This document shows positions 41,429 through 51,476 of a DNA stretch of 64,000 nt, in pieces; the first letter of the stretch is position 1, and every line of letters begins with the position of its first letter. The notes beneath the pieces are model-generated. The model saw only the letters and a program-made list of their open reading frames with translations, was not told where the DNA came from and ran no database searches. The stretch lies in sequence record PZ445437.1; one strand, written 5' to 3'. The DNA is from a phage. A program made the position numbers and the translations under genes.

Positions 41429-42517
41429 CGTATGTTCGATTGAGCTCGCTAATTCTCAACCCGTTCTCTTATGAACTGCTGCATGTTACCATGCAGTCCA
41501 GACTATATCACAATCCCGGAGGGATTCTCCCCATTTCGAGTCGCTTGACCCTACGTCCGAAGACTAGTCGTTGAACCTTGTTTTGCAATTGTCGCCGTGC
41601 CATCGTTTATATGTTGATGGTGATAAATCTTTCTTACCACAATATGGACAATTCAATTGAATTCTATTTGGATTTAATTTACATCTGTCATTATGTTTTA
41701 GATAAAATCCAGGACCTTTACCAATGTGACCACAGAAATCACATGTGATTTCTTTTTGTGCAGGATGGGTCCCGTTCTTAACCATTTCTAATGTTTTTGC
41801 TGATGTTCTTTTCTTATGGTCTTCTGATAAGAAATGATGTGAACCGTCATTTACCCGTTTTGATTGAGTTTCTGACTGCATTTTACCACCGCAAAATACA
41901 TGAGTACCTTCTTTTATAGCTGCAATATTGCGTTCTTTAACTTTTGCAATATGCTCAGCTTGTTGAAAATTATGTATACCTAATGCAACTCTATTTAAAT
42001 TAGATTTACGCTGTATTTCACCATCTAAAAGATGAAATGTACCATTTTCTATCTTAGATTTAATAGAGGCAATATTTTTAGCTCGTACTTCAGGGATATT
42101 AAAAATCTGGATTTCTCTAGATTTTGCGGCTTTAGAAGCTAATTCAGAAATTTCTTCAGGAGAATATTTCATTCTAAGCTTTATAGCATGACAAGCCTGG
42201 TAATCTTTTTGAGCTAAATGTATATCATAATGTTCCTGTATAGAAAGGCACATCAAATTATCTAAATCATTATTTTCACGGTTACCGTCTTTATGATGGA
42301 TTTCGTATGTTCTTCCATCAGAATCTTTAGGTATAGGTCCGTTAGCATCTATCCAAATTTTTCTATAGTTCAATTGTGCATCCTCTTAAAAGTATAATCA
42401 TATTTATATTATACTAATTAAAGGTGCAAGCAAAACCTTGGCTGCTAGTTTTCCATAAAGGACTTTCCAGCAATTAAAGGAGTTTTCGATAAACGTTACC
42501 GTTTAAAGGCGCATTTT
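41429..42517 (-). mobile_element. group I self-splicing intron in nrdB carrying an HNH homing endonuclease gene
   Basis: nrdB reading frame interrupted for ~1089 bp; contains 269-aa HNH ORF; boundaries inferred (exon 1 ends in U, intron ends in G), not verified by structure. Confidence 0.7.
41564..42373 (-). CDS. I-TevIII: intron-encoded HNH homing endonuclease, I-TevIII-like (full length)
   Basis: 269-aa ORF with HNH motif EIHHKDGNRENNDLDNL and Cys-rich C-terminal zinc-finger-like region; start is TTG preceded by AAGAGGA SD. Confidence 0.85.
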   Translation of the reverse strand: MNYRKIWIDANGPIPKDSDGRTYEIHHKDGNRENNDLDNLMCLSIQEHYDIHLAQKDYQACHAIKLRMKYSPEEISELASKAAKSREIQIFNIPEVRAKNIASIKSKIENGTFHLLDGEIQRKSNLNRVALGIHNFQQAEHIAKVKERNIAAIKEGTHVFCGGKMQSETQSKRVNDGSHHFLSEDHKKRTSAKTLEMVKNGTHPAQKEITCDFCGHIGKGPGFYLKHNDRCKLNPNRIQLNCPYCGKKDLSPSTYKRWHGDNCKTRFND

Positions 42518-43193
42518 ACGCAAAAGATACATAAAAACGAATAGCTTCCAATGCGTTGATTGCATGGAGGCAAAGGTAAAGAGATTTCATTAAAGCACGT
42601 TTAGCTTCGGCTTCTTGTTTAATAGCTCGGTTTAAACGAAAGACAGCATCAGGAGATTCTTTAGCTAGTTCTACAAATTCTTTAGCGTTTTCCCAATAAC
42701 GAGTTTTAATCAGAACATCATCATAATAACGTCCAATGGATTCAGCACGTTTCATAATAGCTTCATCTAATACAATTTCATCAAATACCTTCGATGGATC
42801 AGTATAAAGATTTCGCATGATATGTGTATATGAACGGCTGTGAATAGTTTCACTAAAAGTCCATGTAGCAACCCATGTATCAAGGCTTGGGTCTGAAATT
42901 AACGACATAAGTACAGCAGACGGCGCACGACCCTGAATGCTATCCAAAAGTGATTGATACTTCAGATTATTAGTAAAAATATTTTGCTGATACTGAGGAA
43001 GCTTATTAAACTGTGCAGCATCCATCATCAAGTTTACTTCTTCAGGACGCCAGAAAAATGATAATTGCTTTTCGGTTAAATCTTCAAAAACTTTATGGCG
43101 TTGAATATCATAACGCGCAATACCAAGACCTGAACCAAAAAACATAGGTTCTTTTAAAACATCAACTGGATTTGTATTAAAAACTGTGCTCAT
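42518..43193 (-). CDS. nrdB: ribonucleotide reductase small subunit NrdB, exon 1
   Basis: N-terminal NrdB sequence ending …AIRFYVSFA then in-frame stop in intron. Confidence 0.85.
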
Positions 43194-43244
43194 AAATTTT
43201 CCACTTAGTTAATAGATAGTGACTCGTCCATGAGTCAAATTATA

Positions 43245-45509
43245 TCATAATTTACAGGATGAACAATCTTCAGCTTTTGGAGTTTCTATTTCATAATCAT
43301 CAGTACCAGAACCATCACGGGTATTATGATAATAGAAATTTTTTCCGCCAAAATACCAAAAATACAAAAGGTCATCAATCATTATTGACATTGGAACCTT
43401 TCCTTTTGGAAAAATCTGTGGGTCATAATATGTATTCGCTGAAGCTGATTGACATACCCATTTCAGCATAATAGCTACCTGCGTAAGATAAGGTTTATTA
43501 CCTTTCTTAGCTAATTTCCATGTATAATCATAGAGGTCTATGTTATGCTCAATATTGGGCACGACTTGATTAAAGGAGCCCTCTTTTGATTCTTTAACAG
43601 AGACTGGTCCACGTGGAGGCTCGATACCGTTTGTACTGTTAGAAACTTGGGAAGATGACTCACATGGCATAAGTGCTGATAATGTGCTATTACGGATGCC
43701 AAAGAGCTTAAGGTCTTCCCGCAGCGACGACCAGTCACAAACGTATTTTGGAGCTGCGATTTGGTCAATCTTTTTATTGTACCAGTCGATAGGTAATTCG
43801 CCTCGAGACCAACGAGTGTCTGAATAATATTCGCAAGGTCCTTTTTCTTTGGCGAGCTTAATGGATGCTTTAATGAGTCCATACTGTAATCTCTCAAATA
43901 GTTCATGTGTTAAATCGTTAGCATCTTCATAAGAAGCAAAGTTACTTGCCAGCCAAGCTGCATAGTTAGTAACACCTACACCAAGGTTTCGACGCTTTTT
44001 AGCTTTTTCTGCTTCAGGAACTGGATATCCTTGGTAATCCAAAAGATTATCAAGAGCACGAACTTGAACTTCTGCTAATTCATTAATTTTATCTTGGTCT
44101 TGCCAATCGAAGTTATCCAGCACAAATGCAGAGAGAGTGCACAATCCAATTTCAGCATCAGGGCTATTCACATCATTTGTTGGAATAGCAATTTCACAGC
44201 ACAAGTTACTCTGACGAATAGGTGCCTTTTCACGAATAAACGGAGTATAGTTATTCGTATTATCAATGAACTGCACATAAATCCTTGCTGTTCCTGAGCG
44301 TTCAGTCATGAGCAATTCAAATAGTTCACGGGCTTTAATGCGCTTTTTACGAATATTAGGGTCTTTTTCTGCTGCTTCGTATAATTCACGGAAACGGTCT
44401 TGGTCTTTAAAATAAGAATAATAAAGCTCGCCACCCATTTCATGCGGACTGAACAAAGTAATGTAATCGTTCTTTCCGAATCGTTCCATCATCAAATCAT
44501 TCAGCTGAACACCATAATCCATATGACGAATGCGGTTTTCTTCTACGCCTTTGTTATTTTTCAAAACGAGAAGATTTTCAACTTCCAAATGCCAAATAGG
44601 ATAATAAGCAGTAGCAGCGCCGCCACGAATTCCACCCTGTGAGCATGATTTAACTGCAGTCTGAAAATGTTTCCAAAAAGGAATAACACCAGTATGACGT
44701 ACTTCACCCATGCCAATCTTAGAACCTTCGGCACGAATCATACCAACATTAATACCAATTCCAGCGCGTTTAGAGATATATTCAACAATTGAAGCGGAAG
44801 CCTTATTGATAGACTTCAATGAATCACCTGCCTCAATAACAACGCATGAACTAAACTGTCGAGTCGGAGTACGACAACCAGCCATAATAGGAGTTGGCAA
44901 TGAAATCTGTCGAGTAGATACTGCTTCATAAAAACGAATAACGTGTTTTAATCTATCAACAGGTTCATCTTGATGCAAGGCCATTCCAATAGTCATAAAT
45001 GCAAACTGTGGAGTTTCATAAATTTGACCAGTGGTTTTATCTTTAACTAGATATTTTTCTTTTAATTGCATCGCCCCGGAATAAGTAAATTCCATATCAC
45101 GCTCGTGCTTAATTTTTGATTCTAAAAATGTAATTTCTTCTGCTGAATATTTTGACAATAATTCAGGGTCATATTTACCTGCATTTACACAATAAGAAAT
45201 ATGGTCAATAAATGAACGCGGTTCATACTGCCCATAAACATGCTTACGAAGAGCAAACATTAAACAACGTGCAGCTACATATTGGTAATCAGGCTCTTCA
45301 ACCGAAATAGAATTCGCAGCGGCCTTAATGACAATAGTCTGAATATCATCAGTTGTCATTCCATCACGGAGATAAGATTTAATATTTTCATATAATTCAT
45401 AAGGATCTACTGATGTTCCTTCAGCTGCCCAAGATAAAACTTTAATAATTTTTTGTGGGTCAAAGCTCTGAGAAACACCACTACTTTTGATAACATTAAT
45501 TAATTGCAT
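43245..45509 (-). CDS. nrdA: ribonucleotide reductase large subunit NrdA
   Basis: 754-aa ORF with class Ia RNR features, same length as T4 NrdA. Confidence 0.96.
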   Translation of the reverse strand: MQLINVIKSSGVSQSFDPQKIIKVLSWAAEGTSVDPYELYENIKSYLRDGMTTDDIQTIVIKAAANSISVEEPDYQYVAARCLMFALRKHVYGQYEPRSFIDHISYCVNAGKYDPELLSKYSAEEITFLESKIKHERDMEFTYSGAMQLKEKYLVKDKTTGQIYETPQFAFMTIGMALHQDEPVDRLKHVIRFYEAVSTRQISLPTPIMAGCRTPTRQFSSCVVIEAGDSLKSINKASASIVEYISKRAGIGINVGMIRAEGSKIGMGEVRHTGVIPFWKHFQTAVKSCSQGGIRGGAATAYYPIWHLEVENLLVLKNNKGVEENRIRHMDYGVQLNDLMMERFGKNDYITLFSPHEMGGELYYSYFKDQDRFRELYEAAEKDPNIRKKRIKARELFELLMTERSGTARIYVQFIDNTNNYTPFIREKAPIRQSNLCCEIAIPTNDVNSPDAEIGLCTLSAFVLDNFDWQDQDKINELAEVQVRALDNLLDYQGYPVPEAEKAKKRRNLGVGVTNYAAWLASNFASYEDANDLTHELFERLQYGLIKASIKLAKEKGPCEYYSDTRWSRGELPIDWYNKKIDQIAAPKYVCDWSSLREDLKLFGIRNSTLSALMPCESSSQVSNSTNGIEPPRGPVSVKESKEGSFNQVVPNIEHNIDLYDYTWKLAKKGNKPYLTQVAIMLKWVCQSASANTYYDPQIFPKGKVPMSIMIDDLLYFWYFGGKNFYYHNTRDGSGTDDYEIETPKAEDCSSCKL

Positions 45510-45826
45510 AAGTCCTCAACTTGAAAATCGTCTTTAAACAATCGGTTAACTATATGAGCTATTATATCACCATGACACGGCTTTGGTTTACATGTGCATC
45601 CTAGCCTCATTCCACGTAAAGGCTCTAAATGTGCTTTAGTTATTTCTCCGGATTTAATTCGACGTATAAAATCTTTTTTGAATAATTCAATGGCAGCCTC
45701 CCGGCTGCCAGCATCTTTACCGACGTAATTTCCCCAAAATGTACCACGGTGAATATTAACATCAAAGTCGGATTTATATTTATTCACTACCCGGCATAGA
45801 CGGCCCGCGCGGTTGTAGGTGTTCAT
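45500..45826 (-). CDS. hypothetical protein (nrdA.1 position)
   Basis: 108-aa ORF, ATG. Confidence 0.7.
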   Translation of the reverse strand: MNTYNRAGRLCRVVNKYKSDFDVNIHRGTFWGNYVGKDAGSREAAIELFKKDFIRRIKSGEITKAHLEPLRGMRLGCTCKPKPCHGDIIAHIVNRLFKDDFQVEDLCN

Positions 45827-46043
45827 ATTGTTCTTCCGTTAAAACAGTAATATCGTAGTAACAGTCAGAAGAAGTTTTAACTGTGGAAATTTTATTATCA
45901 AAATACTCACGAGTCATTTTATGAGTATAGTATTTTTTACCATAAATGGTAATAGGCTGTTCTGGTCCTGGAACTTCTAACTCGCTTGGGTTAGGAAGTG
46001 TAAAAAGAACAACGCCAGAAGTATCTTTAAATCGTAAAATCAT
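45780..46043 (-). CDS. hypothetical protein (nrdA.2 position)
   Basis: ORF-track TTG start replaced by ATG 46043 ([12 protein letters not shown]...) with GAGGA SD. Confidence 0.6.
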   Translation of the reverse strand: MILRFKDTSGVVLFTLPNPSELEVPGPEQPITIYGKKYYTHKMTREYFDNKISTVKTSSDCYYDITVLTEEQYEHLQPRGPSMPGSE

Positions 46044-46063
46044 ACATCCTCGCAATAATAAAA

Positions 46064-46924
46064 TTACACCGCCATTTTTCCTTTAATTGGCAGATGAGAT
46101 ACATAGTTGTTAAGAACAAAATTATGAGGCTTTGCAAATTGACTCAACCAAAATACCTGCGATTCTGTGTCCCATTCATCAAATTCATCTGGAAATTTTA
46201 ATTGTAATTCGCATAAATCCATAGGTTCACGACGTAAAATTTCTTTACATTGTTCTACGTGATTCATATAGATATGAGTATTACCACCAGAAAATATCAA
46301 ATCTCCAGGAATAAGATTACACATTTTAGCTACAATATGAACTAACGTAGCATATGATGCAATATTAAATGGAAGACCGAGGAAAACATCTACCGAACGT
46401 TGATACCACTGCAAATCTAAATAGCCATTACGCACATTAAACTGATAGAACATATGACAAGGCGGTAATGCCATATATTTAAGTTCAGCTGGATTCCACG
46501 CAGAAACAATTTGACGCCTATCATTTGGCAGTTTTTTAATACGATCAACAACTTCTATAATTTGGTCTACACCGCCAAAATCACGCCACTGTTTTCCATA
46601 AATTGGACCAAGTTCACCACTATGGTATCCTAAATCTTTTGCCTGATTTTCGTAATTTTCATCCCAAACTGTTTTGCCTTGGATTAACGAATCGTGTTGA
46701 ATTAATCGTAAATCATTGACATTTGTGCTTCCCGATAAAAACCATATTAGCTCAGCAATGCATGCATTCCAGGCGAGCTTCTTAGTTGTTACTGCAGGAA
46801 AACCTTTGGTTAAATCCCATCGTAATTTAGTACCGAACAAAGCAATTGTTCCTGTGCCCGTTCGGTCATCGGTTTCATAGCCATTTTCAAAAATGTCTTT
46901 AATTAAATCTTGGTATTGTTTCAT
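46064..46924 (-). CDS. td: thymidylate synthase, uninterrupted (no intron)
   Basis: contiguous 286-aa ORF recognised as T4 TS ([31 protein letters not shown]...); catalytic Cys in PPCH motif. Confidence 0.96.
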   Translation of the reverse strand: MKQYQDLIKDIFENGYETDDRTGTGTIALFGTKLRWDLTKGFPAVTTKKLAWNACIAELIWFLSGSTNVNDLRLIQHDSLIQGKTVWDENYENQAKDLGYHSGELGPIYGKQWRDFGGVDQIIEVVDRIKKLPNDRRQIVSAWNPAELKYMALPPCHMFYQFNVRNGYLDLQWYQRSVDVFLGLPFNIASYATLVHIVAKMCNLIPGDLIFSGGNTHIYMNHVEQCKEILRREPMDLCELQLKFPDEFDEWDTESQVFWLSQFAKPHNFVLNNYVSHLPIKGKMAV

Positions 46925-46969
46925 TTAGTACCTTATATAAATTATAATACATTTTATGAAGCTAAATAA

Positions 46970-47317
46970 TCAATACGATTTAGCATCAAATTTTCTCTCA
47001 ATTTCAGGCGTGAAATATAATTCTTTACCGCGTTTGGAAAAGCGACCAATAATATGATAATTATTCTCATCAAACGTGATATTACCAATATCCATAGCTT
47101 TCAACCAAATATCGATATTTCTATCCAGCTTTATATCAAAATTCCAATACGGAGAACTATTACCGAAAATAATGCAAGCGGATTCAGTGAAACAACTGCT
47201 ATAAATCTTGTCTTTAGGAACTACTAATTGATAGACACCTTTAATAAACTGAGGACCCTGCCACTTTGGCTGTTTCTCGTCTTTTTCTAACAGAATAGGG
47301 TAATAATTAAAATTCAT
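46970..47317 (-). CDS. hypothetical 115-aa protein inserted between frd and td
   Basis: ATG-initiated ORF occupying a position where T4 frd and td overlap (recalled). Confidence 0.6.
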   Translation of the reverse strand: MNFNYYPILLEKDEKQPKWQGPQFIKGVYQLVVPKDKIYSSCFTESACIIFGNSSPYWNFDIKLDRNIDIWLKAMDIGNITFDENNYHIIGRFSKRGKELYFTPEIERKFDAKSY

Positions 47318-47336
47318 ATTTCCGCCACGCGTTATT

Positions 47337-48163
<827 letters not shown>

Positions 48164-48174
48164 ATCATCTCCAA

Positions 48175-48507
48175 TTAAAAAGGATCAGGAACGTATCCGC
48201 TAGCTTTAATCATTTTAATTAACGTTAACATTCCTTTGTTAACTGCTCGTGAGATTTCATCAAAAGCTTCAGGATTAAAAAGTTCTAACACGCCCTTCTG
48301 AACTTTTAATTTACAGCCAACAATTTCTTCATCGCCTATAGTAAATTCATTACCACCAATTCCTCCGAAAAACTTAATTACACCAGTTAACTGTCTTCCA
48401 CGAGAATATGGGTCGTGTGATAAATTAATATGAGTCACCCCGGGTACAGTTTTAAATTGGCAGCGAATGTTTACTTGGGAAATTCCAGTTACATGAATAT
48501 CAGACAT
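48175..48507 (-). CDS. hypothetical protein (frd-32 interval)
   Basis: 110-aa ORF, ATG with GAGGA SD. Confidence 0.65.
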   Translation of the reverse strand: MSDIHVTGISQVNIRCQFKTVPGVTHINLSHDPYSRGRQLTGVIKFFGGIGGNEFTIGDEEIVGCKLKVQKGVLELFNPEAFDEISRAVNKGMLTLIKMIKASGYVPDPF

Positions 48508-48517
48508 AATATTTTCC

Positions 48518-48760
48518 TCAAACAGACTTTTTCACAATTTTCCAATCAGCTTTAAACTGTTCAACGTCAGAATGGTAAATCCAGAATCCTGCGCTTTCTC
48601 CATCCTCATAAAGAGGGCATCCATCACATTCATCTTCCCATCCCATATCACGCAAAAGACGTTCAGCTTTTTCAACAAGTTCAGAATCTTTACCAATAAT
48701 ATTAAAATACCATTTACCTCTAACTTCTGAATCTTTGATACTCTGACGTTGTAATCTCAT
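48518..48760 (-). CDS. hypothetical protein (frd-32 interval)
   Basis: ORF-track TTG start replaced by ATG 48760 (MRLQRQSIK...) with AAGGAG SD. Confidence 0.6.
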   Translation of the reverse strand: MRLQRQSIKDSEVRGKWYFNIIGKDSELVEKAERLLRDMGWEDECDGCPLYEDGESAGFWIYHSDVEQFKADWKIVKKSV

Positions 48761-48785
48761 TTTATTCTCCTTAGTTGATAAGGCT

Positions 48786-48814
48786 ATAGTATCACTACCA
48801 TAGCCTGTTGTAAA
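48786..48814 (-). promoter_or_regulatory. candidate sigma70-type early promoter (TTTACA-17-TACTAT) with 7-bp inverted repeat at -10
   Basis: minus GTTTACA acaggctatggtagtga TACTAT; AGGCTAT/ATAGCCT arms. Confidence 0.4.
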
Positions 48815-48817
48815 CAA

Positions 48818-49078
48818 TTATTTTTGAATTTTATCGAGCCACTTACCAAGCTTAATCATTTCTTTAGTAGCCTTTTCCATACTTCTGAACTTAACCAATA
48901 GAGGATAGGTATCGACACCCATAACTAAACTGGTTACAAGACTGTGTTCACCCACAAGCCATAACGAATACGTTTGAATATCGAGCCCGTAATTTCTGTC
49001 TTTGTGGACCCGTACACCCATCACTTCAAATTTCTCACTAGCTTTTTCTACCGCATTCAGGAAATCATCTTTAGTCAT
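48818..49078 (-). CDS. hypothetical protein (frd-32 interval)
   Basis: start placed at ATG 49078 (MTKDDFLNAVEK...) with AAGG SD, 2 nt after upstream stop; ORF-track ATG 49120 would overlap upstream gene by 41 nt. Confidence 0.55.
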   Translation of the reverse strand: MTKDDFLNAVEKASEKFEVMGVRVHKDRNYGLDIQTYSLWLVGEHSLVTSLVMGVDTYPLLVKFRSMEKATKEMIKLGKWLDKIQK

Positions 49079-49079
49079 A

Positions 49080-49460
49080 TTAGGCCTTAAAAGTTTTTCG
49101 CAAAAGTTCAATGATTTCATCTACATTGTTTTCGTCAACAATACAGTGAATTTTTGTTACGCCAGAAACCTTGTCTTTGACTTCATCTTTTTCAGAAGTC
49201 GGTTCTTTATACTCACGAAAACAATGAAATTCGTCTTCGCAAATTTCTAAAAGTCTATCTTTGAGGTAAAAATGCTTTCCATTTGCGCATTCAATGTGTT
49301 TTACTGCTTTATATCCATTAGCGACGGAAACTTCTTTAACTTCAAACCATCCGCCATTATCTCGAATCGCTTTAACTATTGATGAATTAGAACGTGGGCT
49401 ATAATTAATAAATGTATCAATAAGTCTTGGAACAAGCTCATACTTTTTACCGGTATACAT
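49080..49460 (-). CDS. hypothetical protein (frd-32 interval)
   Basis: 126-aa ORF, ATG with GAGGA SD. Confidence 0.65.
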   Translation of the reverse strand: MYTGKKYELVPRLIDTFINYSPRSNSSIVKAIRDNGGWFEVKEVSVANGYKAVKHIECANGKHFYLKDRLLEICEDEFHCFREYKEPTSEKDEVKDKVSGVTKIHCIVDENNVDEIIELLRKTFKA

Positions 49461-49504
49461 TACGTTTTCCTCATTTTAATAGGGGCTTAATAGCCCCTTG
49501 ATAA

Positions 49505-49732
49505 TTATTGTTCAATCAGTCCCATGTAAAATTCTGCGTCTTCGGCATCCATGCCATCACAATATTCATTAGCCATAAAGCGGGTGAGGTCTTCAAGAGG
49601 ACCTTCAATAACGATTTGAATACTCCAAAACTTAGAATCTTGCACGCTTGTGATACTAAGTTCAGGATAACGATTACGAATAATTTCTTCGATATATTCA
49701 AAATCAACGATGTCAATATCAACTTTAGCCAT
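49505..49732 (-). CDS. hypothetical acidic protein (frd-32 interval)
   Basis: ORF-track TTG start replaced by ATG 49732 ([13 protein letters not shown]...) with AAGAGGA SD. Confidence 0.6.
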   Translation of the reverse strand: MAKVDIDIVDFEYIEEIIRNRYPELSITSVQDSKFWSIQIVIEGPLEDLTRFMANEYCDGMDAEDAEFYMGLIEQ

Positions 49733-49824
49733 ATTATTTTCCTCTTTAATCATCAGCAGTATTGCCGATAGTTGTATAGTACCATGGAAGGACAAGGATG
49801 TAAACCGTTTTGTGAAAAAATTTT

Positions 49825-49855
49825 TGAAATAAAAAAGGGGACCCTAGAGGTCCCC
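49825..49855 (-). terminator. rho-independent terminator after gene 32 (minus strand)
   Basis: GGGGACC-CTAGA-GGTCCCC hairpin followed on minus strand by UUUUUUAUUUC. Confidence 0.65.
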
Positions 49856-49877
49856 AATTAATTAGTAATATAATCTA

Positions 49878-50783
49878 TTAAAGGTCATTCAAAAGGTCAT
49901 CTAGGTCCGTGTCATCAGCACTAGATGAACTGCCAGAGCTTGAGCTCATAAAATCATCTTCAGTTTTTGTATTGAAGTCATCAACATTGAATGCATCCAA
50001 ATCATCAGCAACTTTATCAGCTTTCTTAGCAGCAGTTGCAGCGGCACCGCCCATCACAGCAGTTCCCATGACTTGACCGAATTTAGTGCTCAGTTCTTCA
50101 AACGATTTGAATTTATCTTTAGAAGTCATTTCAGAAAGGTCAACCATTTGTTCGAACAGTTCTTTCTGGAAAGATTCATCGTCAATGTTTGGAATCGCAG
50201 ATTGATTTAGGAATTTAGATTCATCGTAGTTACTAAATCCAGAAACCTGTTTAACTTTCAGTACAAAGTTAGCACCTTCCCACGGACAAGTTACATCAAC
50301 TGGAGTTTCACCCATTTCAACATCAACCGCAATCATCGCGTTGATTTTATCCCAGATTTTCTTACCGAAACGATATTTAAATACTTTACCTTCATTTTCT
50401 GGAGCAGCTGGGTCTTTTACAACAAGAATATTAGCCCAGTAAGAAGTTTTACGTTTAACAAGACTGTACTCTTTATTGTCAGTGTTGTACAGATCATTTT
50501 TACTGATGTACTGACATACTGGGCAAGAATCGTAATCACCGTGGGTAGATGAACATGTTTCAATATACCATTTACCATTTTTCTTGAAACCGTGATTTAC
50601 AAGAATTGCGAATGGTGCTTGTTCATCATTTTTAGACGGAAGAAAACGAATTACTGCTTGACCGTTACCCGCATTATCGAGTTTCAGTTTCCACTCGCCT
50701 TTATCTTCAGAAGAAAAACCTTTATTGCCATTCAGTTTAGCCATTTGTGCAGCAAGTTCAGCAGTAGATTTACGTTTAAACAT
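49878..50783 (-). CDS. 32: single-stranded DNA-binding protein gp32
   Basis: 301-aa ORF recognised as T4 gp32 ([51 protein letters not shown]...). Confidence 0.97.
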
Positions 50784-50856
50784 TTTATTTCCTTTTTAAT
50801 TTAATTTAATTTAATTAACAGTTGGTGCTATGACACTTTACCTCATAGCTGGCATA
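50784..50856 (-). promoter_or_regulatory. gene 32 autoregulatory translational operator (pseudoknot + UUAAA repeats)
   Basis: leader reads GCUAUGAGGUAAAGUGUCAUAGCACCAACUGUUAAUUAAAUUAAAUUAAAUUAAAAAGGAAAUAAA-AUG, matching the T4 gene 32 operator as recalled. Confidence 0.75.
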
Positions 50857-51475
50857 ATTCGCAATACTCTGGGTCTTCGAGAGGTATCCAACCTGAGTTG
50901 AAATACTTTACCATCGATTTAGCAGTTGTATCAGTTATATTTATATTACCTTTAACTCTTCGCCATCCAGGAGTTTTACCGTACAGATTAGAGGATAATA
51001 ATAACACATAATTCTCGTAAGCAATATGAGATAATTTCCAAGACTCTATATTAGCTCGTGATGTTTTCCAAGGTCTAAAATCGTCACGGTTCATATAATT
51101 AGCCAATCTCATATGCTCTCTAACTTCCGGGTCTTTGGCTGGATGAGTTTCACCACTCACACCAAATCCACCACCAGCATATACCAGATTAAAATAGTCT
51201 GGATTATCTCTGGCATTTACTTCAAGTTGGTATTTTCGTTCTGCTTCAATAACATCCAAGTCATCATCAATTTGAATTATTTTAACGCTCGGTTTTTGAA
51301 GCATTAGCGCATTCAAAAATCTTTTTTGTTTACATGAGCTCCAGTATTCCTTTCCGGAAGAGTCATATATTATTCCGTTCTCAAATGAGCAATTTAATTT
51401 ACTACCGATATAGTAGTATGGCGGAGTCTTATTTTTGACACGGTCTTCAAATGTAAACCAATATACTATATTCAT
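50843..51475 (-). CDS. segG: free-standing GIY-YIG homing endonuclease (SegG-like)
   Basis: 210-aa ORF, N-terminal IVYWFTF...PYYYIGSK (GIY...YIG); between genes 59 and 32; 3' end overlaps gene 32 operator. Confidence 0.75.
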   Translation of the reverse strand: MNIVYWFTFEDRVKNKTPPYYYIGSKLNCSFENGIIYDSSGKEYWSSCKQKRFLNALMLQKPSVKIIQIDDDLDVIEAERKYQLEVNARDNPDYFNLVYAGGGFGVSGETHPAKDPEVREHMRLANYMNRDDFRPWKTSRANIESWKLSHIAYENYVLLLSSNLYGKTPGWRRVKGNINITDTTAKSMVKYFNSGWIPLEDPEYCELCQL

Positions 51476-51476
51476 A

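Noticed and set aside
43194-43244. Possible promoter with inverted repeat (TGACTC…GAGTCA) upstream of nrdB
   Set aside because: -35 and -10 candidates are in ambiguous order and spacing; not confident enough to call
46064-46924. Looked for a group I intron with I-TevI in td
   Set aside because: td is a single uninterrupted 286-aa ORF; no intron present
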